The notes beneath the pieces are model-generated. The model ran no database searches, was not told the origin of the DNA, and saw only the letters and a program-made list of their open reading frames with translations. Of a DNA stretch of 64,000 bases, positions 18,370 to 28,619 are shown in pieces. Source of the stretch: an uncultured Planctomycetales bacterium (GTDB lineage Bacteria; Omnitrophota; Gorgyraeia; Gygaellales; Profunditerraquicolaceae); assembly GCA_964603585.1 (NCBI GenBank), contig CAZRVK010000004.1:438-64437 (forward strand), written 5' to 3'. Every line of letters begins with the position of its first letter. Within the stretch, counting starts at the first letter, position 1. Position numbers and translations under genes: made by a program.

Positions 18370-19850
18370 AAGTACTGATCAGTTATCCACCTTTAAGCAA
18401 AGAAAAAGGGTGCCCTACCTTAGGACAAAACCGGCAATTCCAATATTTTAAGGAACCGACTTTTATTTATCCGGTTGTGCCGGCTCAAGCCGCAACGCTT
18501 CTTAAACAGGACGGGCATGATGTGGTTTGGAATGATTGCCTGGCCCAAGGCATGGACCAGGAAGCTTTCTTTGCGCTTATTGATAAAGAGCGGCCTAATT
18601 TAATCGCTTTCGAGACCAAGACCCCGGTGATCAAGGAACATTGGAAACTCATCGATCTTTTAAAGTCAAGGATCATCGGAGTAAAATGCGTTTTATTCGG
18701 CGACCATGTAACGGCATTGCCGGAAGAATCATTAAAAAACAGTAACGTTGATTTTGTCCTGACCGGCGGGGATTATGATTTCCTGCTCTTGAATCTTTGT
18801 AATCATCTGCGTTCTCTGCATAAGGTTAGAGTTACGGATTTGGCTCCTTTAGAGGCAGGGATTTATTATCGGGATAATGGGGCAATTTGTAATACCGGAA
18901 AGTTCCGCCTTGACCATAAACTAGATGAATTGCCGTATATTGACCGGGAATTGACCAACTGGCGGCTATACGCGTATAATAACGGTAATTACAAACGTAC
19001 TCCCGGGACATATATCATGTCCGGCAGGGACTGCTGGTTCCATCAGTGCACTTTTTGTTCCTGGCCTACGCTTTATCCGGAATTCAGGGTGCGTTCAGTA
19101 ACTAATGTCCTGGATGAAATCGATGATCTGGTAGAACGTTATAATGTCAGAGAGATCATGGATGACACCGGTTGTTTTCCTGTCGGAGACTGGTTGAGGG
19201 ATTTTTGCCAAAAGGCGGATAGGCGCAGTTTCCTGCGGCGTAAGGTGTATCTGGATGCAAATATGCGTTTTGGCGCGTTATCCACAGATGATTTCAAGTC
19301 AATGAAAAAGGTTAATTTCCGCCTGCTTTTATTTGGATTGGAGTCGGCAAATCAGTCCACTCTTGACCGCCTTAAAAAAGGGGTGAAGGTGGAAAGGATC
19401 ATTGAGGATTGCAAGTCGGCTTCCCGCGCAGGGTTATTTCCGCATATTACGATAATGTTCGGTTATCCCTGGGAAAGCTATGAGGATGCGTTAAGGACAT
19501 TTAATTTAGGGGCTTGGCTCTTGAAAAAAGGTTATGCCTATACAATGCAGGCAACATTGGTTGTTCCCTATCCTGGGACAGGACTGTTTAGTGAATGCAG
19601 GGAGGCTGGATTACTGAAGAGCCTAGAGTGGAATGATTATGATATGAAAAAGCCTCTTATGAAAAGCCGGGTTTCCGATGATCTGCTTTTAGGGCTGGTG
19701 CAGAAAATGTACCGGGTCCCGTTTGATCCGGAATTCATTATAAGAAAAATGCTAATGATTCGTGATTATGACGATCTAAAGTATTTTTTTCGCGCCGGCC
19801 GTAAGGTTGTAGGGCATATTCTTGATTTTAAGCATAAAAGCAAAGTTTAG
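18366..19850 (+). CDS. B12-binding domain / radical SAM protein
   Basis: N-terminal Rossmann-like cobalamin-binding-type region followed by the Cys cluster DCWFHQCTFCSW and TIM-barrel-like remainder. 494 aa. Confidence 0.65.
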   Translation: MKVLISYPPLSKEKGCPTLGQNRQFQYFKEPTFIYPVVPAQAATLLKQDGHDVVWNDCLAQGMDQEAFFALIDKERPNLIAFETKTPVIKEHWKLIDLLKSRIIGVKCVLFGDHVTALPEESLKNSNVDFVLTGGDYDFLLLNLCNHLRSLHKVRVTDLAPLEAGIYYRDNGAICNTGKFRLDHKLDELPYIDRELTNWRLYAYNNGNYKRTPGTYIMSGRDCWFHQCTFCSWPTLYPEFRVRSVTNVLDEIDDLVERYNVREIMDDTGCFPVGDWLRDFCQKADRRSFLRRKVYLDANMRFGALSTDDFKSMKKVNFRLLLFGLESANQSTLDRLKKGVKVERIIEDCKSASRAGLFPHITIMFGYPWESYEDALRTFNLGAWLLKKGYAYTMQATLVVPYPGTGLFSECREAGLLKSLEWNDYDMKKPLMKSRVSDDLLLGLVQKMYRVPFDPEFIIRKMLMIRDYDDLKYFFRAGRKVVGHILDFKHKSKV

Positions 19851-19856
19851 GAGTTA

Positions 19857-20129
19857 ATGATGTTTTGGGATATTATAGGGATTCTCGCGGCAGGCTTGAC
19901 CACATTTTCTCTGGTGCCGCAGATTTCAAAAGTTTTAAAGACCAAGTCTGCTTATGATGTAAGCCCGGTAATGCTTTTACAATTTTCCTTGGGGGTCAGC
20001 TTGTGGGCAGTTTACGGGATACATTTGAAAAATACAATCATAATCACTGCGAATTTGATCACGCTGATAACTATTTCGATACTTTTTGTGCTCTATTTAA
20101 AATATGGGCGTAAACCTAAAAGCCCATAG
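19857..20129 (+). CDS. Small 3-TM PQ-loop superfamily protein (SemiSWEET / LAB_N-like)
   Basis: 90 aa with three hydrophobic helices and a PQ motif (LVPQISKVL). A good AGGAG RBS lies upstream. Confidence 0.45.
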   Translation: MMFWDIIGILAAGLTTFSLVPQISKVLKTKSAYDVSPVMLLQFSLGVSLWAVYGIHLKNTIIITANLITLITISILFVLYLKYGRKPKSP

Positions 20130-20144
20130 CCGAGGAGGTTCAAG

Positions 20145-21203
20145 ATGTCTGTAGTGCTGGTTACTGGTTCCTGCGGGTTGATCGGTTCTGAAACCGTAAG
20201 TTTTTTTTCTGAACTTGGTTTCGAGGTGGCAGGTATTGATAATAATATGCGCCAGGAATTCTTTGGCAGAGACGGCAGTATCCTCTGGAACAAGAAACGC
20301 CTTTTGAAAAAGCATAAAAAGTACCGCCATTTTTCGATCGATATCCGCCAGGCAGATAAGCTGGAAAGTGTTTTCCGGCAATATGGAAAAAATATCGTTT
20401 TAACCGTACATACCGCTGCCCAGCCTTCACATGACTGGGCTGTGAGATCGCCGCAGATCGATTTTAGCGTTAATGCAGGAGGGACTTTGAATGTTTTAGA
20501 GTCTGCCCGCAAACATTGCCCGAAGGCGGTGTTTATTTTTACTTCAACGAATAAGGTCTATGGGGACAGGCCTAATACTTTGCCGCTTAAGGAGCAATCC
20601 AGCCGGTTTGAACTGCCAAGATCACATAGATTTTATAAGGGGATCGATGAAACGATGAGCATCGATAACTGCCTGCACTCGCTTTTTGGCGCTTCAAAAG
20701 TAAGCGCGGATATTTTAGTCCAGGAGTATGGCCGGTATTTTGGGATGAAGACTGTGGTATTTAGAGGCGGGTGCCTGACCGGCCCGGCGCACTCCGGGGC
20801 GCAATTGCATGGTTTTTTGTCTTATTTGGTGAAGTGTTGTGTTACGAGGAAAAAGTATACGGTTTTCGGATATAAGGCAAAGCAGGTCAGGGATAATATC
20901 CATTCTTATGACCTGGTCAATGCATTTTATCATGTTTTTAAAGCGCCCAGGTGCGCCGAGGTATATAATATCGGAGGGGGCAGGTTTGCCAATGTTTCGA
21001 TTATGGAAGCGATACGGATGTGCGAATATCTATCCGGCCAGAAGATGAATTATGAGTATGTTGATACAAACCGGATTGGCGACCATATCTGGTGGATAAG
21101 CGATGTCTCTAAGTTTCAGTCGCATTATCCAAAGTGGAGGTATAAATACAATATTGCAGATACAATAAACCAGATTTATCAAGCACAAAAGGATATGTTA
21201 TGA
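20145..21203 (+). CDS. NAD-dependent epimerase/dehydratase family protein (extended SDR; CDP-paratose 2-epimerase-like)
   Basis: [12 protein letters not shown] (GxxGxxG), the catalytic region STNKVYGD..YxxxK, and colinearity with TyvE-like epimerases. A GAGGAGG RBS lies upstream. Confidence 0.75.
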   Translation: MSVVLVTGSCGLIGSETVSFFSELGFEVAGIDNNMRQEFFGRDGSILWNKKRLLKKHKKYRHFSIDIRQADKLESVFRQYGKNIVLTVHTAAQPSHDWAVRSPQIDFSVNAGGTLNVLESARKHCPKAVFIFTSTNKVYGDRPNTLPLKEQSSRFELPRSHRFYKGIDETMSIDNCLHSLFGASKVSADILVQEYGRYFGMKTVVFRGGCLTGPAHSGAQLHGFLSYLVKCCVTRKKYTVFGYKAKQVRDNIHSYDLVNAFYHVFKAPRCAEVYNIGGGRFANVSIMEAIRMCEYLSGQKMNYEYVDTNRIGDHIWWISDVSKFQSHYPKWRYKYNIADTINQIYQAQKDML

Positions 21204-22264
21204 AATATAAAAACATACTTATAACCGGTGGAGCAGGTTTTATCGGCAGTAACCTGGCGGTGTACTTTAAACAGAAGTATCCCGGGGTACGGGTAATTGC
21301 GCTGGATAATTTTAAGCGCCGAGGAAGTGAATTGAACCTTCCGCGTTTAAAAATTAACCAGGTAGAATTTGTGCATGCCGATATTCGTAATCCGGAAGAC
21401 CTGGTTTTTGATGCCAAGATCGATCTTTTGATCGAGTGCTCGGCAGAACCGGCAGTTTTGGCCGGATTTGGACAAAACCCCCTATATATAATTAACACTA
21501 ATCTATGCGGCACGGTAAATTGCCTGGAGTTGGCCCGAAAAAATAAAGCGGATGTGGTTTTTCTTTCCACCAGCCGGGTTTATGCGTATGAATCGATCAA
21601 TCGACTTAAGACTGTAGAATTGGATACCCGTTTTGACTGGGATGCCCGTCAAAAGGTGGTTGGTTTGAGCGAAAAAGGGATTAGTGAAGGGTTTACGAAA
21701 GACGGGCCAAAGACCTTGTATGGAGCGACAAAATTGGCCTCGGAATTGATCCTGCAGGAATATATGGATATATATGGCATTAAAGGCGTGATCAACCGTT
21801 GTGGAGTGATCGCCGGTCCCTGGCAGTTCGGTAAGGTTGACCAGGGGATTTTTACTTTCTGGATGCTGGCGCATTATTTTAAAAGGCCTCTTCGATATAT
21901 TGGGTTCGGAGGTAAAGGCAAACAGGTGCGGGATATCCTGCATGTCGAGGACTTGTTTGATCTCATAGATCTTGAGGTATCTTCACTGGATAAAATAAGC
22001 GGTAAGGTCTATAATGTGGGTGGCGGCAGGGATTGCAGTTTATCTCTCTTGGAGCTTTCAGAGCTATCTGCGGATATCACCGGGAATCGCCTGCGTGTCA
22101 TGAAAGATAAAAATACTCGTTTGGGGGATATAAAGGTTTATTTAACTGACAATAGTTTGGTTTATCGTGATTTGAGGTGGAAGCCTAAAAACAGCCCGGA
22201 AGATATCCTGGAAGACATTTATGCCTGGATTCGTAAGAATGAATCTGTGCTTTCGGGGTTATAG
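21200..22264 (+). CDS. CDP-paratose 2-epimerase-like NAD-dependent epimerase (second paralog)
   Basis: [39 protein letters not shown] and [15 protein letters not shown] match the TyvE/RfbE pattern. Confidence 0.7.
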   Translation: MKYKNILITGGAGFIGSNLAVYFKQKYPGVRVIALDNFKRRGSELNLPRLKINQVEFVHADIRNPEDLVFDAKIDLLIECSAEPAVLAGFGQNPLYIINTNLCGTVNCLELARKNKADVVFLSTSRVYAYESINRLKTVELDTRFDWDARQKVVGLSEKGISEGFTKDGPKTLYGATKLASELILQEYMDIYGIKGVINRCGVIAGPWQFGKVDQGIFTFWMLAHYFKRPLRYIGFGGKGKQVRDILHVEDLFDLIDLEVSSLDKISGKVYNVGGGRDCSLSLLELSELSADITGNRLRVMKDKNTRLGDIKVYLTDNSLVYRDLRWKPKNSPEDILEDIYAWIRKNESVLSGL

Positions 22265-22286
22265 TAAACAGCGATAAGGAGTTTAG

Positions 22287-23150
22287 ATGAAAGGGATACT
22301 TTTGGCAGGTGGTAAAGCAACACGGCTCTACCCGGTAACTAAGGGGGTTTGTAAACAGTTGCTTCCGGTTTATGATAAACCGATGATCTATTATCCTTTG
22401 TCTGTGCTTATGCTTGCTGGGATAAAAGATATCCTGATAATTTCTACGCCTAAGGACCTTCCCCGGTTTGAAGACCTTTTGGGTGATGGTGCGTCCCTGG
22501 GGATCAATATTTGTTACCGTATTCAGCCTGAACCCAAGGGGATTGCCCAGGCATTCTTGATCGCAGAGGACTTTATCGACCGCGATAATGTCTGTCTGAT
22601 CCTGGGAGATAATATCTTTTACGGCCATAATCTGGGAGATCTTTTAAGAGAAAGCACTTCTTTTAAAGAAGGCGGTGTAGTCTTCGGTTATTATGTAAAA
22701 GACCCGGAAAGGTACGGTGTAATTGAAATGGATAAGAAAAACCGCGTGCTTTCGATCGAGGAAAAACCGAAGGACCCAAAATCGAACTTTGCGGTTACCG
22801 GGTTGTATTTTTATGATAAAAATGCGGCCCGCCTTGTTAAGGAGATCAAGCCTTCCAAAAGAGGGGAACTTGAGATAACAGCATTGAATAATGCATACTT
22901 AAAAAAGAATAAACTTAAGGTCAAGCTGCTTGACCGCGGGTATGCCTGGCTGGATACTGGCACCCATGATTCTTTGGTTGATGCGGCGATGTTTATTAAA
23001 ACTATTGAAGAGCGCCAGGGCTTAAAGATCGGCTGTATCGAAGAAATAGCCTACCGCATGGGCTATATTAACAGGAATCAGCTGCTTAAATTGGCCAGTG
23101 AGTTCAATACTGCCTATGGCGAATATTTACGGAGGTTAGTCAGACCATGA
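22287..23150 (+). CDS. rfbA: Glucose-1-phosphate thymidylyltransferase
   Basis: [16 protein letters not shown] and the canonical RmlA colinearity (LGDNIFYGH). 287 aa. Confidence 0.85.
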   Translation: MKGILLAGGKATRLYPVTKGVCKQLLPVYDKPMIYYPLSVLMLAGIKDILIISTPKDLPRFEDLLGDGASLGINICYRIQPEPKGIAQAFLIAEDFIDRDNVCLILGDNIFYGHNLGDLLRESTSFKEGGVVFGYYVKDPERYGVIEMDKKNRVLSIEEKPKDPKSNFAVTGLYFYDKNAARLVKEIKPSKRGELEITALNNAYLKKNKLKVKLLDRGYAWLDTGTHDSLVDAAMFIKTIEERQGLKIGCIEEIAYRMGYINRNQLLKLASEFNTAYGEYLRRLVRP

Positions 23151-24130
23151 TACCCAGGATATTAGTTACCGGAGGGGCAGGGTTTATCGGCAGTGAATTT
23201 GTTCGCCAGGCGGTGCAGCGGGAATGCCATATGAGTATGGTTGATAAGTTGACTTATGCTGCGGATATGTCGCGGCTCATGGATTTGAAGAATAAATATA
23301 GTTTTTATAAAACCGATATCTGCAGCCGTTTTGGCATGGAAAGGGCATTTTCAAAGGGCAAGCCGGAAATCGTAATAAATTTTGCCGCAGAGACCCATGT
23401 GGACCGCAGTATTGTCGATAGCGGGCCGTTCCTGGAAACCAATATCAAAGGGGTGAAAAACCTTTTGGATCTATCCAGGAAATACGGGGTAAAGAAAATA
23501 ATCCATGTTTCAACCGATGAGGTGTATGGGGATATTATCGATGGAAGTTTTTATGAGGATTCGCCGATCAAGCCTAACAGCCCCTATGCCGCTTCTAAAG
23601 CCAGTGCGGACCTTCTGATAAAGTCATATATCCGGACCTATGGAGTTCCAGCGATCATCTTGAGGCCTTCCAATAATTACGGGCCGTGGCAGTATCCGGA
23701 AAAATTGATCCCATTGGCGATCTTAAGGGCATTAGAAGATAAACCGATTCCGGTTTATGCCAGCGGTAAGAATATCCGGGAGTGGCTTTATGTCTCGGAT
23801 TGTATCGAGGCGGTATTTTCTGTCATCGAGCACGGCCAGCCCGGACAGGTGTATAATATTGGGAGTGCGCAGGAAAAAATGAATATCGATGTAGTAAAAG
23901 GCATATTAAAGATCCTGGGAAAGAGCGAATCATTGATCGAGTTCGTCAAAGACCGCCCCGGCCATGACCTGCGGTACAGCCTGGATTCCAGTAAGATAAA
24001 AGATGATTTGGGCTGGTCGGCTAAAACCAGGTTTGAGGATGGCTTAAGGCGGACCGTGGATTGGTTTGCTTCTAACCGGAAATGGCTGGATAAACATTCC
24101 CGAAAGAATTTGTCCATTAAGTTCAAATAA
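23147..24130 (+). CDS. rfbB: dTDP-glucose 4,6-dehydratase
   Basis: [22 protein letters not shown] and the YAASKA (YxxxK) motif. Follows rfbA with an ATGA overlap. Confidence 0.85.
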   Translation: MIPRILVTGGAGFIGSEFVRQAVQRECHMSMVDKLTYAADMSRLMDLKNKYSFYKTDICSRFGMERAFSKGKPEIVINFAAETHVDRSIVDSGPFLETNIKGVKNLLDLSRKYGVKKIIHVSTDEVYGDIIDGSFYEDSPIKPNSPYAASKASADLLIKSYIRTYGVPAIILRPSNNYGPWQYPEKLIPLAILRALEDKPIPVYASGKNIREWLYVSDCIEAVFSVIEHGQPGQVYNIGSAQEKMNIDVVKGILKILGKSESLIEFVKDRPGHDLRYSLDSSKIKDDLGWSAKTRFEDGLRRTVDWFASNRKWLDKHSRKNLSIKFK

Positions 24131-24135
24131 TCCAT

Positions 24136-25125
24136 ATGAGCTATAAGAATAAACAGGTGTTGATAACCGGAGGGCTGGGTTTTGTCGGGAGTTCTCTGGC
24201 GCTGGCCTTGGTAGACCAGGGGGCGCGGGTAACTATCGTCGATAATCTGCTTCCCCGCCAAGGCGGTAACCTTTTCAATATCGCTCCTATTGAAAAGCTG
24301 GTAAAGATCAACTATTCGGATATTCGCGTGCAAAAGGCGATGAATGAGGCGGTTTGTGGCCATGAGTATATTTTTCATCTGGCCGGACAGGTCAGCCACG
24401 TAGACAGCATTAAGCATCCGCTGAAAGACTTAAGTATTAATGCCGAAGGGACGTTGGTGGTACTTGAGGCCTGCCGTAAGTTTAATCCGGAAGCCAGGCT
24501 TATTTTCTCCGGGACCCGCGGGCAGTATGGCGCAAGCGTAAGCCTGCCGGTGAGTGAAGACCATCCGATGAACCCTAAAGGGGTTTATGCGATCACTAAT
24601 TTGTGCGCCGAAAAATTAGTGATGGTTTATGATGAGATCCATAAACTGCGTTCGATCGCCTTGCGTATCACTAACACTTACGGGCCCCGTCATCAGATGA
24701 TGCATGATGAGTATGGGGTGTTGAACTGGTTTATCCGTAAAGCTATCGATAATGAGAATATCCCGATTTTCGGCAATGGAATGATCTTGAGAGATTTTCT
24801 TTATATCGATGATCTGGTCGAGGCGCTTTTAGCTTTAGGGATGTGTGAGTCTGCTTATGGACAGATATTTAATGTTGGCTGCGGAAAGCCTACAAATTTC
24901 GTGGAGCTTGCACAGGCAATCATTAAGATCGCGCAAACCGGAAGTTTTGAATTTACGGATTTTAGCCGCGAGCGCAAAGAGATCGAGCCTGGGGATTATT
25001 ATGCCGATATTTCGAAGATAAGGAAAATAGTCGGCTGGGAGCCTAAAGTGGATTTAGACCAGGGAATAAGAAAAACCATAAATTATTACCGGACCTATAA
25101 AAAATATTACTGGCAAAATGATTAA
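24136..25125 (+). CDS. NAD-dependent epimerase/dehydratase (extended SDR)
   Basis: VLITGGLGFVGSS Rossmann motif and a YxxxK-like catalytic region. 329 aa. Confidence 0.8.
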   Translation: MSYKNKQVLITGGLGFVGSSLALALVDQGARVTIVDNLLPRQGGNLFNIAPIEKLVKINYSDIRVQKAMNEAVCGHEYIFHLAGQVSHVDSIKHPLKDLSINAEGTLVVLEACRKFNPEARLIFSGTRGQYGASVSLPVSEDHPMNPKGVYAITNLCAEKLVMVYDEIHKLRSIALRITNTYGPRHQMMHDEYGVLNWFIRKAIDNENIPIFGNGMILRDFLYIDDLVEALLALGMCESAYGQIFNVGCGKPTNFVELAQAIIKIAQTGSFEFTDFSRERKEIEPGDYYADISKIRKIVGWEPKVDLDQGIRKTINYYRTYKKYYWQND

Positions 25126-26200
25126 GCGCATACTGGTTGGCGGTGCAGGGGGAGCCCCTGCTTTGAACTTTATCCGTTCACTGCAGAAAGCCAAAGAGAA
25201 ATTTTATCTTATTGGCATAACCTGCAATAAGTATGATCTGGTAAAGGCTAAAAATCTCACCCAAAAACAGTTCCTGGTCCCGCGGGCAATGGATAAAGAA
25301 TATATCCCGGTTTTAAAACAGGTGATAAAAGAAACCAGGCCTGATTTTATGCATGCGCAGAATGATGATGAGGTATTCAAGGTTTCCCTGTACCGCGGTG
25401 AACTGGGAGTAAAGACCTTTCTGCCGCGCCATAACGTGGTAGAGATCTGCCAGGACAAGTTTAAATCCGCGGCGGTTTGGAAAAAATCCGGCTTGCCGGT
25501 TCCGGAAACATATCTAATCAATAATGAAGAGGATTTAAAGGATGCATTTCGCCGGATTAAAGGGGATGCCTGGGTAAGAGCGATAAGCGGTGCCTTCGGC
25601 AAATGGTCTTTACCTACGCGGGATATTGATTTTGCCCGCTATTGGATAAATTATTACCAGGGGTGGGGGAATTTTAGTGTGGCAGAGTATTTAAGCCCGG
25701 AAAGTATCACCTGGCTTTCTATCTGGAAAGATGGAAAGTTGGTTGTGGCTCAAGGCCGGAAAAGGCTTTATTGGGAATTTGCAAACCGCAGTGTATCCGG
25801 TGTTACCGGGATTACCGGGACCGGGGTTACCTTAAGCGACAAGAAGCTCGATGACCTAGCGGTAAAAGCGATCAAGGCGATCGATGACTGCCCCCATGGT
25901 ATCTACGGGGTAGATATGACTTATGACAAACGCGGTATCCCTAATCCTACAGAAATAAATATCGGAAGGTTTTTTACCACCCACCAGTTTTTTACTGAAG
26001 CTGGCCTGAATATGCCGTATATTTACCTTAAAACCGCTTTTAATGAAAGATTGCCGAGGATAAAAAAGCGGATTAATCCCTTAAAAAACGGTTTAGCCTG
26101 GGTGCGGGGCATGGATACAGAGCCGGTATTGACCTCCATGAAAGAGATCGAGTCTTTTGAAACCAAGCTTAATGCGCGTATCCGGAAAATACAGGTATGA
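25118..26200 (+). CDS. ATP-grasp domain protein
   Basis: Central pattern KSGLPVPETY..EDL..WVRAISG..G and C-terminal GVDM..D..G.P...EINIGRF, typical of ATP-grasp ligases. 360 aa. Confidence 0.5.
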   Translation: MIKRILVGGAGGAPALNFIRSLQKAKEKFYLIGITCNKYDLVKAKNLTQKQFLVPRAMDKEYIPVLKQVIKETRPDFMHAQNDDEVFKVSLYRGELGVKTFLPRHNVVEICQDKFKSAAVWKKSGLPVPETYLINNEEDLKDAFRRIKGDAWVRAISGAFGKWSLPTRDIDFARYWINYYQGWGNFSVAEYLSPESITWLSIWKDGKLVVAQGRKRLYWEFANRSVSGVTGITGTGVTLSDKKLDDLAVKAIKAIDDCPHGIYGVDMTYDKRGIPNPTEINIGRFFTTHQFFTEAGLNMPYIYLKTAFNERLPRIKKRINPLKNGLAWVRGMDTEPVLTSMKEIESFETKLNARIRKIQV

Positions 26201-26922
26201 GCCTCCTAAAGAATAAAGTAGCGGTTATCACTGGTGCAAGCCGGGGGATTGGTTTGGCTGTGGCCAGGCGTTTTCATCAGGAAGGCGCCAAACTTGTGCT
26301 GACTGCGAGGAAAAACCTGGAGACAATAGAGTCTTTTCAGGAAGCAAAATGTGTTAAATTGGATTTGTCTAATTCAGCGGATATTAAAGGTGTGGTGGAT
26401 GCCGCTATCAGCTCTTTTGGCAGAATAGATATTTTAGTCAATAACGCGGGTATTTTACAGCAAACTGATTTTGAAATGATTTCGCCTGCGGAGTTGGATC
26501 GGGTTATTGGTATTGATTTCAAGGGGCCGTTTTTACTGGGCCAGCTCGTCTTCAAACAGATGAAGCATCAAAGAAGCGGCAAGATCATTAATATTGTTTC
26601 TGGCGCGGGCAGGCTTGGTTCAACCAAAGCTGTTCATTATGCCGCTATGAAGGCCGCTTTAATCAATCTGACTAAGTCTTTAGCTAAATTAGGAGGCCGG
26701 TCTAATATCAATGTCAATGCGATTGCCCCGGGGTTTATCGAAACCGATATGATAAACGGCATGCTTTCCCAAAAGCGCCAGGAGATCGAATCTTTTATTC
26801 CCTTGGCGAGGATCGGCAGTGCCGAGGATGTAGCTTCAGCGGCTTTCTTTTTGGCAACTGATGAGTCCAATTATATAACCGGCCAGACCATCTGCATTGA
26901 TGGCGGCCATTGTATGGTGTAA
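26197..26922 (+). CDS. Short-chain dehydrogenase/reductase (FabG-like)
   Basis: VAVITGASRGIG, the NNAG motif and YAAMKAAL (YxxxK). 241 aa. Confidence 0.85.
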   Translation: MSLLKNKVAVITGASRGIGLAVARRFHQEGAKLVLTARKNLETIESFQEAKCVKLDLSNSADIKGVVDAAISSFGRIDILVNNAGILQQTDFEMISPAELDRVIGIDFKGPFLLGQLVFKQMKHQRSGKIINIVSGAGRLGSTKAVHYAAMKAALINLTKSLAKLGGRSNINVNAIAPGFIETDMINGMLSQKRQEIESFIPLARIGSAEDVASAAFFLATDESNYITGQTICIDGGHCMV

Positions 26923-26924
26923 AT

Positions 26925-28619
26925 ATGGAATTATCCGGATCACAGATAATTATTAAAGAATTGATCAAGCAAAAGGTGAACCTGGTTTTTGAGTTCCCGG
27001 GAGGCTCGATCTGTCCGATCCTGGATGAACTTTATCGGCAAAAAACCATAAAAACCATTGTCTTCCGCCATGAACAGGGGGCGATCCATGCCGCAGATGC
27101 CTATGCCAGAGTTACCCATAAACCGGCGGTGTGTATGGCTACTTCCGGCCCTGGGGCTTCTAACCTGGTTACCGGTATCGCCAATGCTTTTATGGATTCT
27201 GTTCCGGTCGTGGTGATCACAGGACAAGTGGCGGTATGGGATATTAAGAAAAATCCCATGGTCCGCCAGAGGGGTTTTCAGGAGCTGGATATTGTTTCTG
27301 TGGTAAAGTCTATTACCAAGGCTGCTTTTTTGGTGACTGATATATCCGAACTGGCCCTGATTATGGAAAAGGCATTCTTTATCGCAAATGACGGCCGGCC
27401 AGGGCCGGTTTTAGTGGATATCCCGATAAACATCCAATATAGCCTATATAAATACAAGGGTACCAGGTTGAAGGCCCAGAAAGAACCGGTTCGTTTTTCT
27501 TTTGCTGATAACGATGAGGTTATAAAAAGATTTTTATCGGCAAAGCGTCCTTTGGTCATCGCCGGTGGAGGTGTTGTTTTATCCTCTGCTCAAAACGAAT
27601 TGATTTCGTTACTTAAAAAATTCGAGTTGCCAGTTGTAGAAACTTTAATGGGCCTTACTGCTGTGCCTGGCGATTACAGGCTGAATTTTGGGTTAATTGG
27701 ATATGCCGGAAGCCGCAGCGCCAATACTTTGGTTCGGCAGGCCGACTTTATCCTGGGGGTTGGTTTAAGGTTTGATAACCGTGCATTTCCGGAGGCTAAT
27801 AAGGAATTTGCAGATGGCGCATATCTTATCCATGTAGATTGCGATAAACATGAACTTAATCATCGCGTGGCGGTAAATAGAGCGGTTTTGTCCGATGCCA
27901 AAACATTCCTTAGGGATTTCTTATCGGCTTTGAAGAATAAAGATTATGAAGTTAATTACGAGTGGATGCGCCAGGCATGCATTTGGCGCAATGATTTTGA
28001 GCCTCAAAACCAGAGTATCTCTGCGCGCCTTAATCCCAGGTTTATTTTAAGCCGCCTCTCAATGTTACTTAAGAACAGCGATGCGGTCATTACTACTGAT
28101 GTGGGGCAGCATCAGCTTTGGACTGCGCAATATTTCAAGTTCGCGGCTTCCCATTCATTAGTTACTTCAGGGGGATTAGGCACCATGGGGTTTGGTTTAC
28201 CGGCGGCGATTGGTGCAAAATTAGCCCGGCCTTCGGCGAACGTCATAAATATTACCAGCGATGGGAGTTTTCAAATGAGTTTGCATGAACTGGCGACGCT
28301 TAAAGATAATAAATTACCGGTAAAGATAATTTTATTGAATAACCGTTGTTTAGGCCTGGTACGCCAGATCCAGGAATTTGTTTTTTCCCAAAGGTATATG
28401 TCAACAAGGATGAATGCCCAGATGGATTTTGTCAGGATCTCTCGGGCTTTTGGTGTTGATGCGATTTCAGTTACGGATGAGCTTGGCGTGGAACCGGCAT
28501 TGAAAAAGGTTGTTTCAAGCCGCAAGAGCATCTTGGTTAATTTCAGGATCAAGCAATCCGAGAATGTTTTTCCGGTGCGCATAAAGGGAAAAACCATTTA
28601 TAAAAATGCCGCCGTTTAA
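26925..28619 (+). CDS. Thiamine diphosphate-dependent enzyme, acetolactate synthase large-subunit-like (YerE-like candidate)
   Basis: TPP_enzyme N, central and C domains (FEFPGGSICPILDEL, the GDG-type ThDP motif TSDGSFQMSLHELATL). The ATG at 26925 follows the SDR stop. The track's TTG at 26910 is less likely. Confidence 0.75.
   Translation: MELSGSQIIIKELIKQKVNLVFEFPGGSICPILDELYRQKTIKTIVFRHEQGAIHAADAYARVTHKPAVCMATSGPGASNLVTGIANAFMDSVPVVVITGQVAVWDIKKNPMVRQRGFQELDIVSVVKSITKAAFLVTDISELALIMEKAFFIANDGRPGPVLVDIPINIQYSLYKYKGTRLKAQKEPVRFSFADNDEVIKRFLSAKRPLVIAGGGVVLSSAQNELISLLKKFELPVVETLMGLTAVPGDYRLNFGLIGYAGSRSANTLVRQADFILGVGLRFDNRAFPEANKEFADGAYLIHVDCDKHELNHRVAVNRAVLSDAKTFLRDFLSALKNKDYEVNYEWMRQACIWRNDFEPQNQSISARLNPRFILSRLSMLLKNSDAVITTDVGQHQLWTAQYFKFAASHSLVTSGGLGTMGFGLPAAIGAKLARPSANVINITSDGSFQMSLHELATLKDNKLPVKIILLNNRCLGLVRQIQEFVFSQRYMSTRMNAQMDFVRISRAFGVDAISVTDELGVEPALKKVVSSRKSILVNFRIKQSENVFPVRIKGKTIYKNAAV

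Noticed and set aside
23788-24417. 209-aa minus-strand ORF
   Set aside because: Antisense across the rfbB / SDR junction. No similarity to known families. Shadow ORF.
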